From an uncultured candidatus Porisulfidus sp. (GTDB taxonomy: Bacteria > Pseudomonadota > Gammaproteobacteria > Poriferisulfidales > Poriferisulfidaceae), in contig OZ241993.1 in assembly GCA_965204575.1 (NCBI GenBank), forward strand, positions 576,001-640,000: a stretch of DNA of 64,000 nt, given 5' to 3'. Each line of letters starts with the position of its first letter. Position 1 is the stretch's first letter. The notes beneath the pieces are model-generated. The model saw only the letters and a program-made list of their open reading frames with translations. It was not told the origin of the DNA and ran no database searches. The translations under genes and the position numbers were made by a program. Below, one piece after another: positions 59,867-64,000 of the stretch.

Positions 59867-62662
59867 TCAGCCGGTATTCCGCATTCCCGCCGCGATCGCG
59901 CTGATCGATCGCGCGACGACATTTTGATAGGGATCCGGGTCGGAGGCCTCGCGCATGCGGCGCAACAGGCTGAGCTGGATCGCGTTGAGAGGGTCTAGGT
60001 AAGGCTTGCGGCGGCTCAATGACCGGCGCAGCACCTCCTGCGTTTCCAGGAGTTCCTTGCAGCTTGTTACCCGCAGTACGAGTTTTCGGGTGAGTTGGTA
60101 TTCCTGTTCGATCCGATTGTAGATCTGATCGGCGTCGACCGGGTGCTGGCTCAGTTGCATGTACTGCCGGGCGGTCGGCATGTCGGCCTTAGCAAGGGCC
60201 ATCTGGATGTTTTGCATCAGGGTCTGGAAGAACGGCCAGCGCTTGTACGCGAGGCGGACCTGTGCCAACCCGGTTTTCGGGTGCGCCTTCAGGTAGGATT
60301 CGAGCGCGGTGCCGATGCCGTACCAGGCGGGCAGGGTATGCCGGGAGAGCGACCAGCCGAAGACCCAGGGGATGGCGCGGATGGAATCCATCGAGCGGTC
60401 CACCGCGCGGCGATGCGAAGGCCGGGAACCGATGTTGATGTTGCCGATCTCCTGCACCGGGGTGACCTCGTAGAAATAGTCCAGAAACCCCCGGGTTCCG
60501 ATGAGTTCCCGGTAGGCCTGCTCTCCGTCCTCGGCGAGTTTCTCCATGACCCTGAGATCGTCGGCGTATTCGTGAGCCAGTTTTCGGAACTGCAGGTGGC
60601 GGGAGGCCAGGATCAGGCCGGTCGCACCCATGGTCAGTTCATACACCGCAGTCTCCAGGTTCGAGTACTTGTATGACAGCACCTCGCCCTGCTCGGTCAG
60701 TTTGATGGTGCCGCGTACCGTGCCGGGCGGCTGCGCCGTGATGGCCTCGTAGGTTGGTCCCCCGCCCCGCCCGACGGTCCCGCCGCGGCCGTGGAAAAGC
60801 CGGAACTGCACGCCGTGGCGCTCGGAGACCTCGTGAATCTGCTTTTGCGCCTGGTACAGGTTCCAGACCGAAGCCAGGATGCCGCCGTCCTTGCAGGAGT
60901 CGGAGTAGCCCAGCATGATGTCCTGCACGCCGCCGGAGGCATTCAGCAGCGGGCGATAGACGGGATCCCGGAACAGCCGGTTCAGGATGCCCGACACCCT
61001 GCGCAGGTCTTCGATCGTTTCAAACAGCGGGCAAACCTGGAGATGGCAGAAATGGTGCTGCCCGTGGCCTCCGGCCAGGCCGGCGATGCCGCCCAGGAAC
61101 AGCACTTCCAGGACATGGCTGGCCTCGTGGGTCATGGAAATGACGTATTGACCGAAGATCTTCGGGCTGATCTGTTCCGGCACTTCCCGCATGAGGTCGA
61201 ACACGGCCAAGGTCTCGCGAGTGGCGGGGGACAGCTTCCTGCGATCCAGGGAGACCGGCCCGTCCATCTTCTTGAGATGCTTTTGCAGGGCCTGGATTCG
61301 CCCGGCCTCGGTCAGGTTGGCGTAGTCGGTCTTGTCCATGGCCTGCAGGATTTCGCTGACCGCCTCCGTGTGACGGGGGGATTCCTGGCGGAGGTCGAGC
61401 CGAGCCAGGTAGAAGCCAAACGTTTCCACCAGCCGGATCAGGTCGGCCAACTCACCGTCGGCGATGCGGCCATCGCCCTGTTCGACCAGCGAGTCGTAAA
61501 TCAGCCGCAGGTCGTCGAGGAACTGGGCCTCGTCCTGGTAGCTGTCCGAACTGTGCCAGGCTCGTCCCCGCAGGTGATCGAGCCGATGCTGCAGCCGGTG
61601 CAGGATAACTTCCAACTTGCAACGGTACGGCTCTGTCTCGAATAGCGAACTGGTCCGGCTCCGCACCCGGTCCAGCACCTTGCGGTCGGTTTCCAGGCTG
61701 GTGCGCATGCGTTCGGGCAGATCGATCAGGTGGGAAGAATGGCTGAGGATGCTTTCCAGGTTGCGGATGCGGCGGATGTACTCGCCGAGGATGGTTCGCG
61801 CCTGCATCCGGCAGGCTTCGCGGGTAACGCGTGCGGTGACGTGGGGGTTGCCGTCGCGGTCGCCACCGATCCAGGAGCCGAACTGGATGAAACTCGGAAG
61901 CGTGCGGGGTGAGTCCGGATAGGTTCGCCGCCAGGCGCGCTGCAGGTTGCGGTACAGGCTCGGGATGGCCTCGAACAGGGATTTCTCGAAATAATGCAGG
62001 CCGTTCTTGACCTCGGTCTGCACGGTCGGCTTGCCTGGGCGGACTTCATCGGTCTTCCACAGCAACTGGATTTCCGCCTGCAGGCGGTCACTGGCCTCGT
62101 CGCGTTCCACTTGGCTCAAGGTCCGGTCGTCCGAGGATTGCAGCAGGATGAAGATGCGCCGAAGCGCTTCCTGCATGATGCGGCGCTTCGCCTCGGTCGG
62201 ATGGGCGGTGAAGACCGGCATGTACTCGACCGAAAGCAGCAACTTTTCGGCCTTGGCCGCGCTGAAGCCCTGTTCCTTGAGTGTGCGCAGGGTCGCGTCG
62301 AACGAGCCCGGCCATAACGACGTGCCGGCCTGCAGGTACCGGCGGCGCCGGTCCTGGAGGGCCGCCTCTTCGGCGACGTTGACTAGGCTGAAATAGGTGG
62401 AGAATGCCCGGATGACCTGGACGGTGAGGTCTTGGTTCAGCCGGTCGATCAGGCCGATCAGGCGCGCGCGCCGGTTGACGTCCTCTTCGTGCTGCAGGCG
62501 GATATAGCCCCGGCGCAGCCGCTCCACGACCTGGAACACTTGGGGCGGGGCGTGCTCCTGGAGCACGAGACCGAGTAGGCGACCCAGCAGTTTGACCCGC
62601 TGTCGTAACTTGCGGTCAATGGCATCGCCTATCGACGGCGTGTGTGTGGCCGCGCTAGGCAT
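59867..62662 (-). CDS. ppc: phosphoenolpyruvate carboxylase (second, canonical copy)
   Basis: VFTAHPTE, GGDRDGNP, GYSDSCKDGG, HGRGGTVGRGG, ends GMRNTG. Confidence 0.96.
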   Translation of the reverse strand: MPSAATHTPSIGDAIDRKLRQRVKLLGRLLGLVLQEHAPPQVFQVVERLRRGYIRLQHEEDVNRRARLIGLIDRLNQDLTVQVIRAFSTYFSLVNVAEEAALQDRRRRYLQAGTSLWPGSFDATLRTLKEQGFSAAKAEKLLLSVEYMPVFTAHPTEAKRRIMQEALRRIFILLQSSDDRTLSQVERDEASDRLQAEIQLLWKTDEVRPGKPTVQTEVKNGLHYFEKSLFEAIPSLYRNLQRAWRRTYPDSPRTLPSFIQFGSWIGGDRDGNPHVTARVTREACRMQARTILGEYIRRIRNLESILSHSSHLIDLPERMRTSLETDRKVLDRVRSRTSSLFETEPYRCKLEVILHRLQHRLDHLRGRAWHSSDSYQDEAQFLDDLRLIYDSLVEQGDGRIADGELADLIRLVETFGFYLARLDLRQESPRHTEAVSEILQAMDKTDYANLTEAGRIQALQKHLKKMDGPVSLDRRKLSPATRETLAVFDLMREVPEQISPKIFGQYVISMTHEASHVLEVLFLGGIAGLAGGHGQHHFCHLQVCPLFETIEDLRRVSGILNRLFRDPVYRPLLNASGGVQDIMLGYSDSCKDGGILASVWNLYQAQKQIHEVSERHGVQFRLFHGRGGTVGRGGGPTYEAITAQPPGTVRGTIKLTEQGEVLSYKYSNLETAVYELTMGATGLILASRHLQFRKLAHEYADDLRVMEKLAEDGEQAYRELIGTRGFLDYFYEVTPVQEIGNINIGSRPSHRRAVDRSMDSIRAIPWVFGWSLSRHTLPAWYGIGTALESYLKAHPKTGLAQVRLAYKRWPFFQTLMQNIQMALAKADMPTARQYMQLSQHPVDADQIYNRIEQEYQLTRKLVLRVTSCKELLETQEVLRRSLSRRKPYLDPLNAIQLSLLRRMREASDPDPYQNVVARSISAIAAGMRNTG

Positions 62663-62729
62663 AGGGGGAAAACGGACGATGTTCGGGTGCCCATTATACT
62701 AGGCGCACCCCAAACAAAGACTTTTTGGC

Positions 62730-64000
62730 ATGCCTGCGCCATACCCGGAGTCCCTGTCCCGTCATGCGGAACGCTTGCGGAAAATCCCGCTGCGAACCTT
62801 GTTTGCGGAAGGCCGGGATCGCTCTTTCCTGTGTCGCGACATCGAAGGCATTCATGTCGATGCCTCGCGCCAGCGGCTGGACGCCGAGGCTTGGACGGAT
62901 CTGCTGCGCGTGGCGGAGCAGGTGGAGCCGGCCCGTTCCGACCTGTTTGCCGGCGCGCCGGTGAATGCGACGGAGAATCGTCCGGTGTTGCACTCGGCCC
63001 TGCGCGATCCGCGCCCGGACGGCCTGGTCGTGGAGGGAGTCGATATCTTGGCAGAGGCGCATCGGCAGCGTCAGCAGATGCGCGAATTCGCTAAGACCTG
63101 CGCCGCACGCTGGCGGACGGTCGTCAATCTCGGAATCGGCGGTTCGGACCTGGGCCCGCGGATGCTTTGCGAGACGTTTCCCCGGGCATCTGGCGCGCCG
63201 GATGTCCGCTTCGCATCCACGCTGGATCCCGAGGAGCTGAGCACTGTGCTGCACGGTTGCGACGCGAACCAAACTTTCTTCATCATCGCTTCCAAGACGT
63301 TCACCACCGAAGAAACCCAGCGGAACTTTTCTGCGGCCCGGCAGTGGCTCGCGGAACAGGGCGTGGGGGCCGGGGAAGCGATGGAACATTTTGCGGCGAC
63401 CACGGCCGCGGTGGACCGCGCACAAGAGTGCGGCATCGACGCGCAGCGGATCTTCCCGTTCTGGGAAGGGGTCGGCGGCCGCTACTCGGTCTGGTCGAGC
63501 GTGGGCCTGCCGGTCGTGTTGCATGCGGGCTGGGATGCATTCGAACAATTACTCGCGGGCGCCCACGCGGTGGACGAGCATTTCAGGGAGGCGGAGGCGG
63601 AATCCAACGCCCCCTTGCTGCTGGCATTGCTGATGCTCTGGAACCACACGTTCCTGGGCGCGGCGACGCGGGCGGTTCTCCCGTACAACTATCGCCTGCG
63701 TGCCCTGCCGAGATTCCTGCAGCAACTGCAGATGGAAAGCCTGGGCAAGCGTGCGGGTGCGGACGGCGAATTGCAGGATGTCGCAGCCCCGATCGTATGG
63801 GGCGGTTCCGCCAATGACGGCGCCCATGCGTTCTTCCAACTGCTGCACCAGGGTTCGCAGGCCGTGCCGGTGGACGCGATCATTGCTCGGGGGAATTCGG
63901 GGGATGAGCGAGAGCGCGCGCTGCTGGCGCAGTGCCTGTCCCAACTGGACCTTTTGGCCTCGGGGCGGACCCTTGAGGAAGTGGAACCGGCCGCCGGGGT
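62730..64000 (+). CDS. pgi: glucose-6-phosphate isomerase (runs off the window end; not in ORF track)
   Basis: manual translation: NATENRPVLH, NLGIGGSDLGP, IASKTFTT, VGGRYSVWS, QQLQMESLGK. Confidence 0.93.
   Translation, partial: MPAPYPESLSRHAERLRKIPLRTLFAEGRDRSFLCRDIEGIHVDASRQRLDAEAWTDLLRVAEQVEPARSDLFAGAPVNATENRPVLHSALRDPRPDGLVVEGVDILAEAHRQRQQMREFAKTCAARWRTVVNLGIGGSDLGPRMLCETFPRASGAPDVRFASTLDPEELSTVLHGCDANQTFFIIASKTFTTEETQRNFSAARQWLAEQGVGAGEAMEHFAATTAAVDRAQECGIDAQRIFPFWEGVGGRYSVWSSVGLPVVLHAGWDAFEQLLAGAHAVDEHFREAEAESNAPLLLALLMLWNHTFLGAATRAVLPYNYRLRALPRFLQQLQMESLGKRAGADGELQDVAAPIVWGGSANDGAHAFFQLLHQGSQAVPVDAIIARGNSGDERERALLAQCLSQLDLLASGRTLEEVEPAAG

Noticed and set aside
1-64000. Many long antisense/overlapping ORFs in the track (e.g. 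16590-18638 -, 33205-34803 -, 53208-54956 -, 62694-63548 -)
   Set aside because: Shadow ORFs of GC-rich genes with no motifs; the opposite strand has clear family signatures
1-64000. CRISPR array, rRNA, integrase or transposase
   Set aside because: No regularly spaced repeats or recognisable motifs seen

Overview
A 64-kb, mostly GC-rich bacterial chromosomal window. Core gene order (tkt-gap-pgk-pyk-fba; pcnB-folK-panBC..panD) points to a gammaproteobacterium. A sup-type PKS, a lipoprotein subtilase and many small defence cassettes suggest a marine-sponge symbiont (inference). Main content: (1) C1/methylotrophy genes, namely a 5-formyl-THF cyclo-ligase + Ftr/FhcD + FolD operon and a serine-cycle cluster (sgaA, mcl, mtkAB, hprA, ppc, mtdA); (2) two tRNAs; (3) accessory cassettes slotted between core genes: VapBC, two putative type II R-M systems (one with AIPR, inside the serine-cycle cluster), a DNA-methylase relic, a small-protein + retropepsin-like protease pair with a 20-bp palindromic operator, RelBE, and a DprA-PRTase module whose toxin is multiply frameshifted; (4) glycolysis, iron-storage and pyrimidine genes; (5) a 10.3-kb SupA-like type I PKS with a stand-alone ACP and an alpha/beta hydrolase sitting between panC and panD; (6) a second PEP carboxylase and a pgi cut off by the window end. 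Best novelty candidates: the Ftr/5-FCL/FolD operon (possible methanofuran-to-folate C1 shunt), the TA-like aspartic protease module, and the sup PKS inside the pantothenate operon with a non-canonical KR and a dead second AT. All calls come from motif reading only; no database searches were run.
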